Assembly: GCA_964593405.1 (NCBI GenBank)
Contig: CAZQIO010000001.1
Coordinates: 2,263 to 66,262, forward strand
Length of the DNA: 64,000 nt
Origin: an uncultured Candidatus Saccharibacteria bacterium
GTDB lineage: Bacteria > Patescibacteriota > Minisyncoccia > Minisyncoccales > GBS-2
Direction: 5' to 3'
The position numbers were made by a program, and so were the translations under genes. Shown here piece after piece: positions 1 to 8,611 of this stretch (within the stretch, counting starts at the first letter, position 1; each line of letters opens with the position of its first letter). The notes beneath the pieces are model-generated. The model had not been told where the DNA came from and ran no database searches. It saw only the letters and a program-made list of their open reading frames with translations.

Positions 1-20
1 TTATTTGATAGACTAAAAAT

Positions 21-812
21 ATGCTAGATAGAAAAAGGAAATATTTGCAGATTGCTTTTAATCGCAATTTAGAGGAAATAAAATCAATGATTTATTCTTT
101 GCCTTTGTCAGACCAAATCTTAATTGAGGTTGGATATCCTTTAATTAAAAGATACGGCGTTGAAGCAATCAGGAAAATAAGGCAATGGTGGACAGAGAAA
201 ATCTTCACTCATTTAATTGAGATTCCTTCAACTAAATCAAAATTGCTTACTCATTTTCTTATCAAATCACTTTCTAAAACATTGACGGAAGACCAAAGAG
301 AGCTAGCACAAAAAGAAACAGAAACTACCTTTGCCCCCTACATCGTTGCAGATTTAAAATGCATGGATAGAGCCTTTGCTGAAGTTGAAACTGCAAAATT
401 AGCTGGGGCTTCCGCAGTTACTTGTTTGGGGCTCGCTCCAACAGAGACAATCAATTTGTTTGTTGAAAAATGCGAAGAATTCGGGCTTGATTCAATTCTT
501 GATATGTTAAACGTTGATTATCCTTTTGAGGTTTTGCAAAAACTAAAAAGGCCACCAAAAATCATTATGCTTCATCGTGGAGTTGACGAAGGAGAAGAAA
601 ACAAAGAGAGAGAAATTCCTTATCATGAAATAGAGAGGATAAAAAGCGTTTACGATGACGTTTTAATTGCAGTTGCCGGAGGAGAAACGATTGAAGAAGT
701 TGTTCACGGAACTTTCAACGGTGCTGACATTGTGGTAGTTTGGCGACTGTTTAACGAGAATCAAGAAAACATTACAAAATTGGCCAACGAATTTCTAAAA
801 GAAATAAAATGA
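21..812 (+). CDS. 3-hexulose-6-phosphate synthase-like (OMP-decarboxylase/KGPDC fold) paralog 1, with ~45-aa internal insertion
   Basis: Motifs LQIAF, LIEVGYPLIK, VADLKCMD and VAGG match the HPS/KGPDC signature. It is a tandem paralog of the next gene. Confidence 0.5.
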   Translation: MLDRKRKYLQIAFNRNLEEIKSMIYSLPLSDQILIEVGYPLIKRYGVEAIRKIRQWWTEKIFTHLIEIPSTKSKLLTHFLIKSLSKTLTEDQRELAQKETETTFAPYIVADLKCMDRAFAEVETAKLAGASAVTCLGLAPTETINLFVEKCEEFGLDSILDMLNVDYPFEVLQKLKRPPKIIMLHRGVDEGEENKEREIPYHEIERIKSVYDDVLIAVAGGETIEEVVHGTFNGADIVVVWRLFNENQENITKLANEFLKEIK

Positions 813-1465
813 TTCTAACCAAAAAACAAAGATATCTTCAGATTGCTTTAAACAGCACCATTGAAGAGGCAAAGAAAATTATTGCCCAAATTCCTTTTTC
901 TGAAAGAATTTTGATTGAGGTTGGAACTCCAATGATAAAAATTTATGGCCAGAAGGCAATTTTAGAGATAAAAAACAACCTGCCCAACGGAACCTACATT
1001 GTTGCCGACACAAAATGTTCTGATTTAGCCTCAAGGGACGTAAAGATGGTGGCTGAGGCTGGGGCTCGAGCTTTAACCTGTCTTGGAGTAGCTCCAATAG
1101 AGACGATCGATAGATTTATCAGAGATTGTGAAGATTTTGGTTTAGATTCAATGATTGATATGATGAACGTAAAAGATCCGGTAAATGTTTTAAAAAAGCT
1201 AAAAAAACTTCCAAAGGTAGTGATAATTCATCGAGGAGTGGATGAAACTGAATTTTCAAAAGAAAAGCAAATTCCTTTTTATCAAATAAATCAGATCAAA
1301 AACAATTTTGATGTTTTGGTTTCAGTAGCAGGAGGGGACACTATTGAAGAAGTTCAAAGAGCAATACTTAACGGGGCCGATATCGTCGTAGTTTGGAAAG
1401 CTTTTTATCAAAGCACAAAAGAGACGGCAAAATTGGTCAATGAATTTTTAAAAGAAATCAAATAA
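809..1465 (+). CDS. 3-hexulose-6-phosphate synthase-like (KGPDC family) paralog 2
   Basis: LQIALN, LIEVGTPMIK, VADTKCSD and VAGGDT motifs. The 4-nt ATGA overlap with the upstream paralog suggests translational coupling. Confidence 0.55.
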   Translation: MILTKKQRYLQIALNSTIEEAKKIIAQIPFSERILIEVGTPMIKIYGQKAILEIKNNLPNGTYIVADTKCSDLASRDVKMVAEAGARALTCLGVAPIETIDRFIRDCEDFGLDSMIDMMNVKDPVNVLKKLKKLPKVVIIHRGVDETEFSKEKQIPFYQINQIKNNFDVLVSVAGGDTIEEVQRAILNGADIVVVWKAFYQSTKETAKLVNEFLKEIK

Positions 1466-2077
1466 AAGCTTTTATTATGGAAACTCTCAATACAAATTTT
1501 TATTCTCCTATAAATCTTTATTTTCCTTTAGTTTCTGTAGTTTTTTTGTTTTTGCTGGCTGTGTTTTTTTTGGCAACAACGAAAGGAGTTAGATAGTAAA
1601 GAAAAGGAAATTCAAAAAATTTTAGCAATAGACCCCAACAACAAAACAGCAACGGAAAAATTAGAAAAGATAAAAAGAAAAAGAAAACTTTACGCTCTTT
1701 TAGAACCTATTTTGATGATTTTTTTTGCAACAGCAATGAGCCTCTACTTTATTTTAAAAATCCTTCCTCCTATTTACCGATTACTCGGTTTTTAACTTTT
1801 CTACTTACCAAAAATAATTTTTTGCCCTCTTTTAAGCAAATCTTTTTTAATTCCTTCCAACGACAAACCTAACAACTTGTCCAGTTCTTGCAACATCTAA
1901 TGTCTTTCTAAAACTCTCAATGTTCAAAACTCTAAACCCTCACTCCACCTACTTGTCCCCACATTCCTGTTGAAATTTCTCCACTTTCCACAATACCTGC
2001 CACAACCACTCTCTTTCCCCGCATTTCGAACACATTTTCAACTAAAAAATAGCTGACTCTGCCATATTCAAAATTCT

Positions 2078-2860
2078 CTATTCTCTCTTTTTTCTCTCTT
2101 CTATTAAGGATTTTAGGCCCTCCAAAATTTCTACTGGTAAAGCAAAGATTACAGTTTTTGATGGATCGGGCTGAATTTTTTCTATCGTTTCTAAAGTCCT
2201 CAAAGACAAGCCACCAGAAACAGAACTCAAAATTTCAGCTGCCTTTTTCAGGTTTTCAGCTGCTTTTACTTCTCCCTCTGATTTAATAATTATTGCTCTT
2301 TTTTCCCTCTCTGATTCTGCCTGAGCAGCCATTGCCCTCTTCATTGCCGCTGGCAATTCAATATCTTGGATTTTAATTGCCGTAATATCAATTCCCCAGG
2401 CTGCAGTTTCAGTATCGACAATTTTCTTTATTTCCGAAGCTATCTTTTCCCTTTCTGCCAGCAGGGTATCTAGTTCTACCCCACCAATGACGTCTCTTAA
2501 GGTGGCTAAGGCATATTGAGAAATGGCATAAGAATAATTTTCAACCTCCAAGACAGCATTTTCTGCTTTTTCAACCTTAAAAAAGACAACCGCATTTACT
2601 CCCACAGGAACGTTATCTTTTGTTATTGCCTCTTGCCTTGGAACATCGATCGTTGTCACTCGCATGTCAACTTTTATCATTTGTTGGATTCCAGGAAAAA
2701 TCCAGCGAAGACCGGGATTGTAGGTTCCAGTATACTTTCCCAATGTCAAAACTACTCCTCTCTCATATTGGTTGATTATTTTAAAACCCGAAGCCAAGAA
2801 AAAAATTATCAAGATTATTGACCAGAAAAGTACCGAAAAAAATACCGATTCCAGCAACAT
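2078..2860 (-). CDS. SPFH/band-7 (stomatin/prohibitin-like) membrane protein
   Basis: N-terminal TM helix followed by an SPFH core (PGLRWIFPGI...VDMRV...NVPVGVNAVVFFKV) and a coiled-coil tail. Confidence 0.7.
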   Translation of the reverse strand: MLLESVFFSVLFWSIILIIFFLASGFKIINQYERGVVLTLGKYTGTYNPGLRWIFPGIQQMIKVDMRVTTIDVPRQEAITKDNVPVGVNAVVFFKVEKAENAVLEVENYSYAISQYALATLRDVIGGVELDTLLAEREKIASEIKKIVDTETAAWGIDITAIKIQDIELPAAMKRAMAAQAESEREKRAIIIKSEGEVKAAENLKKAAEILSSVSGGLSLRTLETIEKIQPDPSKTVIFALPVEILEGLKSLIEERKKRE

Positions 2861-2959
2861 AATTTCAAATTAATTATAAAAACATTTTTGTTATCGACCT
2901 TTTTACCGTTTATTTTTATAATAAAACAAAACAAAAAGAAAAGGAAGAAAAAAATCGAG

Positions 2960-3511
2960 ATGGAAAAATTAAATCAAGAAATTAGAAATTGCAAAAAATG
3001 TCCTTTGTGGAGATTGAGGAAAACTGCTGTTCCTGGAGAGGGGCCAATTGATGCAAAAATTTTTATTTGTGGTCAAGCTCCCGGGATTGAAGAAGACAAA
3101 ACAGGGAGGCCTTTTTGCGGAAGGGCAGGGAAATTTTTGGACCATTTGTTGAATTTGGCAAAAATAGAAAGGGAAAAAGTTTTTATAACTTCTCCTTTGA
3201 AATGCCTTCCCCAACCTCCCCCAAACAGAAAACCTAAAAAAGAAGAAATCGAAGCTTGCTTACCTTATTTGAAAAGACAAATTGAAATTGTGAATCCAAA
3301 ATGTTTTATTTTGCTTGGCGAAGTTGCTTTCTCAGTGTTTTTTCCGGATAAGAAATTGAAAGATTTTAGAGGAAAATTGATTGAAAAAGATGGAAAATTT
3401 TATTTTCCGACTTATCATCCTGCTGCTGGCCTGAGGTTTCCAATTTTCAAAAAGATTTTAGAGAAAGATTTCAAAAGATTAAAAAATCATCTCAAAGTTT
3501 TTACCATGTAG
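2960..3511 (+). CDS. uracil-DNA glycosylase, family 4
   Basis: CKKCPLW...GEGP...IFICGQAPG...GRPFCGRAG motifs. Start moved to the ATG at 2960; the track's 2888 start adds a poly-Lys N-extension. Confidence 0.7.
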   Translation: MEKLNQEIRNCKKCPLWRLRKTAVPGEGPIDAKIFICGQAPGIEEDKTGRPFCGRAGKFLDHLLNLAKIEREKVFITSPLKCLPQPPPNRKPKKEEIEACLPYLKRQIEIVNPKCFILLGEVAFSVFFPDKKLKDFRGKLIEKDGKFYFPTYHPAAGLRFPIFKKILEKDFKRLKNHLKVFTM

Positions 3512-5094
3512 GTTTCTTTTAATTTGTAGCCAATTTTTCTCCAATAATCCCTTACTCCCACTCCAGAAATTGAACAAATTTTTTCCACACCAAATTCTTT
3601 TTTTGCAATTTTTTCAGCTTTTTTAATTAATTTCTTTCCTAACCCTCTGTGCTGAGGAGCTAAAATTTTTTCTCCCAAAGGGACCATTTGGCCAAAAGTT
3701 TGAATTTCCCTAATAATTGCCGCATCTTTTAAAACCTTAAAAACTGGTAAAAATTCACTATTTGGAATTCTCAATCTCAGAAAACTAAAAAGTTTTGTTC
3801 TATTTTTGTTTTCAAAACTCAAAAATATTTCTTTTCCACCAGAGGCTTCGTAATCTTCTCTGAACAAATAAATTTTCTCTTTTGGGTTGTAATTCTCTCT
3901 CACTTCTCTGCATCGAATGCATTTACACTTTAGTTTTTTATTTTTTAATTCTCTTTGGACTATTTCTCTCAAATTTGAAATTTTGCAACCTGCCACGATT
4001 TTTGTTGCCGGAATGTCCCTTTGAATTCTGGCTACTCTGACCCAGTATGGAAGAATAGATTTGATTTGGACCAAAAGCTCAATTAATTCTTTATCTGAGT
4101 AAGGTTTGTATTTTTTCTTTTTCCAAAGTTCATAAATTAAGCCTCCTTTTGTTACAACTGTTGGGTAAATTTTTATCCAATCTGGTTTGAAATTTTCATC
4201 CGAAAACAAGATTTTAAAACAATCAAAATCTTTTTTTAGATCGGAACCTAACAAATTTGGCATTAAATGGTACAAAACTTTAAATCCATAGTCTTTTAAA
4301 AGTTTTGTCGCTTTTGCAATCGTATTTTGGTTCAAACCAGTTTTGTTTTTTTCTAAAACATCATCAAAAATTGTTTGAACCCCCAACTCAACCATCGTCA
4401 CTCCAAGTTCTCTCAAAAATTTGATTTCTTTTTCGTTTATAAAGTCTGGCCTTGTTTCAATCGAAATTCCGACAATTCTGTTTTTTGCTTTCTCATTTTT
4501 CCTTTGTTCTTTTTTTAACTCCTCGAACAAATGTACCACATTATTTTGCCATGGCAATATTTTGTGGTAGAATTTATTTTCGTTTGCTGCTCTGAAACAT
4601 TCTTTGACAAACCAAATTCTGTAATTTTTTGGGTAAGCACTAAAAGTTCCTCCAACAATTCTCAATTCAATTTTGTCAGTTGGGTGCCCTTCGATCTTTA
4701 GCATTTCGATTCTTTTTTTCATTTGAAAATAAGGGTCAAAATTCAATCTCTTTGCCCTTTCTACGGCAGGTTCCCCCGACAAATAACTTTTTGGCAATCC
4801 CTTCTCTGTCGGGCAAAAAATACATTTTCCAGGGCAAAAATAAGGTTTTGTCAAAACAGAGACGTTAACAATTCCAGAGAGAGATCTTACTTTTCTCGTT
4901 TTCAAAATTTTCTCTAAGATTTTCGATCTTTTTATCCTTTTTTCGCGAAGTAATATTTGGTAAGCTTTAAATAGTTCAAAATTGCTTGGCAAAGGAATTT
5001 TAAATTCTTTGGCTATTTTCCTCTTAAAATTTGCCAAATCCCTTTCATTTTTAATTTTCTCTTTGATCAATTTTTGAACTACTTTCTCTAACAT
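3487..5094 (-). CDS. elp3: Elp3-family radical SAM + GNAT tRNA wobble-uridine modification enzyme
   Basis: Radical SAM CPGKCIFCP motif, HLMPNLLGS, RIQRDIP, CKCIRCREV, and a C-terminal GNAT (QHRGLGKKLI...SGVGVRDYWRKIGY). Confidence 0.8.
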   Translation of the reverse strand: MLEKVVQKLIKEKIKNERDLANFKRKIAKEFKIPLPSNFELFKAYQILLREKRIKRSKILEKILKTRKVRSLSGIVNVSVLTKPYFCPGKCIFCPTEKGLPKSYLSGEPAVERAKRLNFDPYFQMKKRIEMLKIEGHPTDKIELRIVGGTFSAYPKNYRIWFVKECFRAANENKFYHKILPWQNNVVHLFEELKKEQRKNEKAKNRIVGISIETRPDFINEKEIKFLRELGVTMVELGVQTIFDDVLEKNKTGLNQNTIAKATKLLKDYGFKVLYHLMPNLLGSDLKKDFDCFKILFSDENFKPDWIKIYPTVVTKGGLIYELWKKKKYKPYSDKELIELLVQIKSILPYWVRVARIQRDIPATKIVAGCKISNLREIVQRELKNKKLKCKCIRCREVRENYNPKEKIYLFREDYEASGGKEIFLSFENKNRTKLFSFLRLRIPNSEFLPVFKVLKDAAIIREIQTFGQMVPLGEKILAPQHRGLGKKLIKKAEKIAKKEFGVEKICSISGVGVRDYWRKIGYKLKETYMVKTLR

Positions 5095-5788
5095 GGAAAA
5101 AAGTTTTGCTGAATATTTATTGCGAAAGACTCAATTAGATTATGACACAATTTCTGAAGAATTTTCAGCTACCAGAAGAGAAATTTGGGAGGAAATGAAA
5201 TTTTTGTTTGATTTTTTAAAAAAAGGAGATAGGGTTTTGGATTTGGGTTGCGGAAACGGAAGATGGTACCCCCTTTTTAAAGAAAAAGAAGTTGATTATT
5301 TTGGGGTTGATTTTTCTGAAAAGTTAGTGGCAATTGCCAAAAAAACTTTTCCCGAAGCCAAATTTTTAGTTGCCAACGCCCTTTCTCTGCCTTTTGAAAA
5401 CCATTTTTTTGATAAAATATATTCAATTGCGGTATTGCATCAAATTCCCTCTTTTGATTTTAGAATTCAGTTTTTAAAAGAGTGCAAAAGAGTTTTAAAA
5501 CCTGAAGGAATTTTAATTTTGACAGTTTGGAAAATTTATCGACCAAAAGAGATGCTGCTTTTGTTAAAGTATACAATTTTGAAGATTTTGGGAAAGTCAA
5601 AATTGGATTTCAAAGATATTTTTGAACCCTGGGGCAAAAAAATTCAAAGGTACTATCATTGCTTTTCAAAAAGGGAGTTGGAAAATTTAGTAAAAAAAGC
5701 TGGCTTTGAAATTTTAAAATCTGGTTTGGTAAAAAACAAAAAGGGAAACAGAAAAAATTTTTTTGTTGTTTGCAAAAAGCCCTCGTAG
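5093..5788 (+). CDS. class I SAM-dependent methyltransferase, Trm9/ALKBH8-MTase-like
   Basis: FSATRREIW followed by VLDLGCGNGRW (motif I) resembles the Trm9 N-terminus. The gene is divergent from elp3 and their start codons overlap (CATG). Confidence 0.55.
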   Translation: MEKSFAEYLLRKTQLDYDTISEEFSATRREIWEEMKFLFDFLKKGDRVLDLGCGNGRWYPLFKEKEVDYFGVDFSEKLVAIAKKTFPEAKFLVANALSLPFENHFFDKIYSIAVLHQIPSFDFRIQFLKECKRVLKPEGILILTVWKIYRPKEMLLLLKYTILKILGKSKLDFKDIFEPWGKKIQRYYHCFSKRELENLVKKAGFEILKSGLVKNKKGNRKNFFVVCKKPS

Positions 5789-5850
5789 TTTAATGGAAAA
5801 AACAGGGGCCTCCGGAGCCCCAGATGCTGGTTCGATTCCAGCCGAGGGCA
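5779..5850 (+). tRNA. tRNA-Arg(CCG)
   Basis: 7-bp acceptor GCCCTCG/CGAGGGC, D arm GTTT/AAAC, anticodon stem GGGGC/GCCCC with loop CTCCGGA, T arm GCTGG-TTCGATT-CCAGC, discriminator A. CCA is not encoded. Confidence 0.75.
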
Positions 5851-5851
5851 C

Positions 5852-5879
5852 TTGACACAAAAACTTTTTTTGATAAAAA
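5852..5879 (+). promoter_or_regulatory. sigma70-like promoter: -35 TTGACA, 16-nt spacer, extended -10 TGaTAAAAA
   Basis: Consensus -35 hexamer at 5852-5857 and a TGn-extended -10 at 5871-5879. The predicted TSS (~5886) coincides with the 5' end of the downstream structured RNA. Confidence 0.35.
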
Positions 5880-5886
5880 AGGGTTT

Positions 5887-6014
5887 GAGGGGGTGCGGCC
5901 CAAAGTGGCCTAGGGTAAAGCAATTCTAGCGAAGGAGGCAAACGAGCCTAGGCATTTCTGAAGCCCCAGAAATGGAATTCCAAGTTTGCCGAATTCGCTA
6001 GGTTGCTCCCCCTC
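5887..6014 (+). ncRNA. structured small RNA, candidate SRP RNA (4.5S-like)
   Basis: The 5' GAGGGGGTGCGGCC pairs with 3' GGTTGCTCCCCCTC in a long closing helix. Internal palindromic stems (GCCTAGG/CCTAGGC, CTAGCGAA/TTCGCTAG). A GAAGGAGGCA segment resembles the SRP domain-IV GGAAGGAAGCA motif. Followed by a T-run (ATTTTTT). Confidence 0.4.
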
Positions 6015-6038
6015 ATTTTTTATTGGTAAAATGAAATT

Positions 6039-6617
6039 ATGAGAAACAAAGAAAAATTTGAGATTGCAGTTTCTGGAGCAGCAAAGATTGAGCATTGTTG
6101 CAAAGAAATAGTTGAGCTTTGTGAAGAAGTAGGAAAAGAAATTGCAAAGCAAAATTGCAACTTAGTTACTGGAGCCACTACTGGAGTTCCTTATTTGGTG
6201 GCAAAGGCTTGCAAAAACGCTGGAGGTTTTGTCATTGGCTTTTCTCCAGCAGCAACCGAAGAAGCCCATGTTAAAGTTTACAAACTTCCAACAGATGTTT
6301 TTGATGTAATAGTTTATACTGGCGCAGATTACACAGGAAGGAATGTGATCATGACAAAATCGGCAGATGGAGTAATAATAATTTGCGGGAGAATGGGAAC
6401 TTTGCACGAATTTGCCACTGCTTTCGAACTCCAAAAGCCAATTGGAGTTTTGGAGGGAAGCGGGGGAACGGCAGATAAAATAAGAAAGATTGCAACCGGT
6501 CCTTACAGAGGGGTAAAAAAGATAATTTATGAAAGAGACCCAAAAAAATTGGTTAGAAAATTGATCGAGGCAATTAAAAAAGAAAAAGCAAAAAACAAAA
6601 AAGGTCGAAAAAAATAA
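6039..6617 (+). CDS. LOG/TIGR00725-like Rossmann-fold nucleotide-binding protein
   Basis: VSGAA...LVTGATTGV...VIIICGRMGTLHEF...PIGVL pattern of the SLOG/LOG family. Confidence 0.45.
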   Translation: MRNKEKFEIAVSGAAKIEHCCKEIVELCEEVGKEIAKQNCNLVTGATTGVPYLVAKACKNAGGFVIGFSPAATEEAHVKVYKLPTDVFDVIVYTGADYTGRNVIMTKSADGVIIICGRMGTLHEFATAFELQKPIGVLEGSGGTADKIRKIATGPYRGVKKIIYERDPKKLVRKLIEAIKKEKAKNKKGRKK

Positions 6618-6625
6618 AATAAAAA

Positions 6626-6886
6626 ATGGAAGAAATTACAGAGGGAAAATTAATCGGTAGAGTAACCCATTATTTTGGGAAAATTGGGGTTGCGGTCATT
6701 GAACTTCAAGACACATTAAGAGTTGGAGATAAAATAAGAATTGTTGGGGGAGAAACAGATTTTTCTCAAACAGTAGAATCGATGGAAATCGAACATCAAA
6801 AAGTAAATGAAGCAAAGGCTGGAGATTCGGTCGGACTTAAGGTTTTGCAAAAAGTTAGGGAAGGATACAAAGTTTACAAATTGTGA
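6626..6886 (+). CDS. small beta-barrel protein (EF-Tu domain-2-like fold?)
   Basis: 86-aa ORF with an alternating hydrophobic pattern (GRVTHYFGKIGVAVIEL...VGDKIRIVG). Function unknown. Confidence 0.3.
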   Translation: MEEITEGKLIGRVTHYFGKIGVAVIELQDTLRVGDKIRIVGGETDFSQTVESMEIEHQKVNEAKAGDSVGLKVLQKVREGYKVYKL

Positions 6887-7296
6887 CAAAAGAAGTTATC
6901 TTGAAACTTTTTTTATCTCTTTTTTTGGGAGCTTTAGTAGGTTTAGAGAGAGAACTTAAAAGAAAAGGTGCTGGCCTCCAAACCTACTCTTTAGTTTGTT
7001 TGGGTTCTTGTCTTTTTTCAGTAATTGCTTTTTCTTTGGCCAAACTCAAAATTATCGATCCTTCTGTGATTTTAATGGCAATTGCTGTTGGTATGGGTTT
7101 CATTGGTGGGGGTGCAATTTCTAGAGGAGAAAATCAAATCGTCGGTTTGACAACCGCTGCCGGTCTTTGGGCAGTTGCTGCAATAGGATTAGCAGTTGGA
7201 GCAGGATTTTATTTTTTGGCATTTTTGGCAACCATTTTTGTGCTGATAATTTTGGCTGGTTTTGGCAGGCTAGAAGAAAAAATCTTCAAAAAATAA
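6883..7296 (+). CDS. MgtC/SapB family membrane protein
   Basis: GLERELKRKGAGLQTYSLVCLGSCLF motif and four TM helices. Confidence 0.7.
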   Translation: MTKEVILKLFLSLFLGALVGLERELKRKGAGLQTYSLVCLGSCLFSVIAFSLAKLKIIDPSVILMAIAVGMGFIGGGAISRGENQIVGLTTAAGLWAVAAIGLAVGAGFYFLAFLATIFVLIILAGFGRLEEKIFKK

Positions 7297-7334
7297 TTCG
7301 CATATTCGTAAAAAATTCGTCATTCGTAGATTTT

Positions 7335-8582
7335 ATGGAATTTGTTGCGGATTTTCATTTGCACTCAAAGTATTCAAGAGCGACTTCTCAAAGGATGGAT
7401 TTGGAAAATTTGGATAAATGGGCAAAGATAAAAGGAATTTTGGTTTTGGGAACCGGCGATTTTACACACCCTTTTTGGTTTCAAGAATTGAAAAATAAAT
7501 TAGAACCAGCAGAGCCTGGGCTTTTTAAATTGAAAAATTCAAACTCCCAAACTCGCTTTTTGTTGACAACAGAAGTCTCTTGCGTTTTTCAAAGAAAAAA
7601 CCAAGTCAAAAAAGTTCACTTGATAATTTTTTCTCCCTCTTTCGAAATTTGTGAAAAAATAAACAATGCAATTTCAAAATACGGAGATTTATCAGCAGAT
7701 GGCAGGCCAACTTTGAATTTGGATGCGAAAGAATTGGTAAAGCTTGTCTTAACTATTTCTCAGGATTGTTTAATCGTTCCTGCCCATGCCTGGACTCCTT
7801 GGTTTTCGGTTTTTGGTTCCCGTTCTGGATTTAATTCATTAGAAGAATGTTTTGAAGATTGGACAGAATACATCTATTCAATAGAAACTGGCCTTTCTAG
7901 CAATCCTGAAATGAATTGGCGACTTTCAGCTTTAGATAAAGTCACTTTAATTTCTTGTTCTGATGCCCACTCTCCAGAACATATTGGTAGAGAAGCGAAC
8001 GCTTTCAATACTCAATTGGATTATTTTTCAATCGTTGATGCAATAAAGAAAAAAGACAAAGAAAAATTTTTGTATACGATAGAATTCTTTCCAGAGGAAG
8101 GGAAATACCATTATGACGGCCACAGAAATTGTGGCATCTCTTTGCATCCAAAAGAAACAAAAAAATACAATGGAATTTGCCCTGTTTGTGGAAAACCCTT
8201 AACGATCGGTGTTTTAAACAGAGTTGAACAATTGGCAGACAGACCAGAAGGATTTGTTCCAGAAAATGCCATTCCTTTCAAAAGTTTAGTTCCCCTAGAA
8301 GAAATCATTGCCGATGCAATTTCTCAAAATCCCGGAACTTCAGAAGTTAAAAAACACTACCAAAATTTGATTTTAAATTTTGGAAACGAGTTTAATGTTT
8401 TACTCAAGACAAAAAGAGAAGATTTAGAGAGAGCTTCTTTGCCAGAAATTGCTGAGGGAATCTTGAGAGTTAGAGAGGGAAAAATTTTCATTGAACCAGG
8501 TTTCGATGGAGTTTACGGAAAGATTAAAATTTTCTCAAACAAAGAGAAAACGAAAGCTTTGCAACAAGGCACATTGTTTTGA
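7335..8582 (+). CDS. Endonuclease Q-like (PHP-domain nuclease with C-terminal Zn ribbon)
   Basis: N-terminal PHP motif ADFHLHSKYSRATS and a C-terminal CGISLHP...CPVCGKPLTIGVLNRVEQLADR zinc finger. Start placed at the ATG MEFVADFHLHS; the track's 7167 start overlaps mgtC. Confidence 0.6.
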   Translation: MEFVADFHLHSKYSRATSQRMDLENLDKWAKIKGILVLGTGDFTHPFWFQELKNKLEPAEPGLFKLKNSNSQTRFLLTTEVSCVFQRKNQVKKVHLIIFSPSFEICEKINNAISKYGDLSADGRPTLNLDAKELVKLVLTISQDCLIVPAHAWTPWFSVFGSRSGFNSLEECFEDWTEYIYSIETGLSSNPEMNWRLSALDKVTLISCSDAHSPEHIGREANAFNTQLDYFSIVDAIKKKDKEKFLYTIEFFPEEGKYHYDGHRNCGISLHPKETKKYNGICPVCGKPLTIGVLNRVEQLADRPEGFVPENAIPFKSLVPLEEIIADAISQNPGTSEVKKHYQNLILNFGNEFNVLLKTKREDLERASLPEIAEGILRVREGKIFIEPGFDGVYGKIKIFSNKEKTKALQQGTLF

Positions 8583-8611
8583 GTTTATTTTTTAATTAAA
8601 ATTTTAAATTA

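Noticed and set aside
879-1097. Minus-strand 72-aa ORF inside HPS paralog 2
   Set aside because: Antisense to a well-supported gene, Pro/Gln/Leu-rich low complexity. The same reasoning applies to most track ORFs of 60-120 aa lying antisense inside larger genes, for example 9823..10134, 17934..18290 and 50582..51094.
5910-6152. Minus-strand ORF 5910..6152 (80 aa) overlapping the candidate ncRNA
   Set aside because: Low-complexity Phe/Cys/Asn-rich sequence with no start context. The region is better explained by the promoter, structured RNA and terminator unit.
7167-7334. Track ORF start at 7167 giving EndoQ a 56-aa N-extension
   Set aside because: The extension overlaps the end of mgtC in another frame and is Cys/Arg-rich junk. 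The PHP motif begins right after the ATG at 7335.
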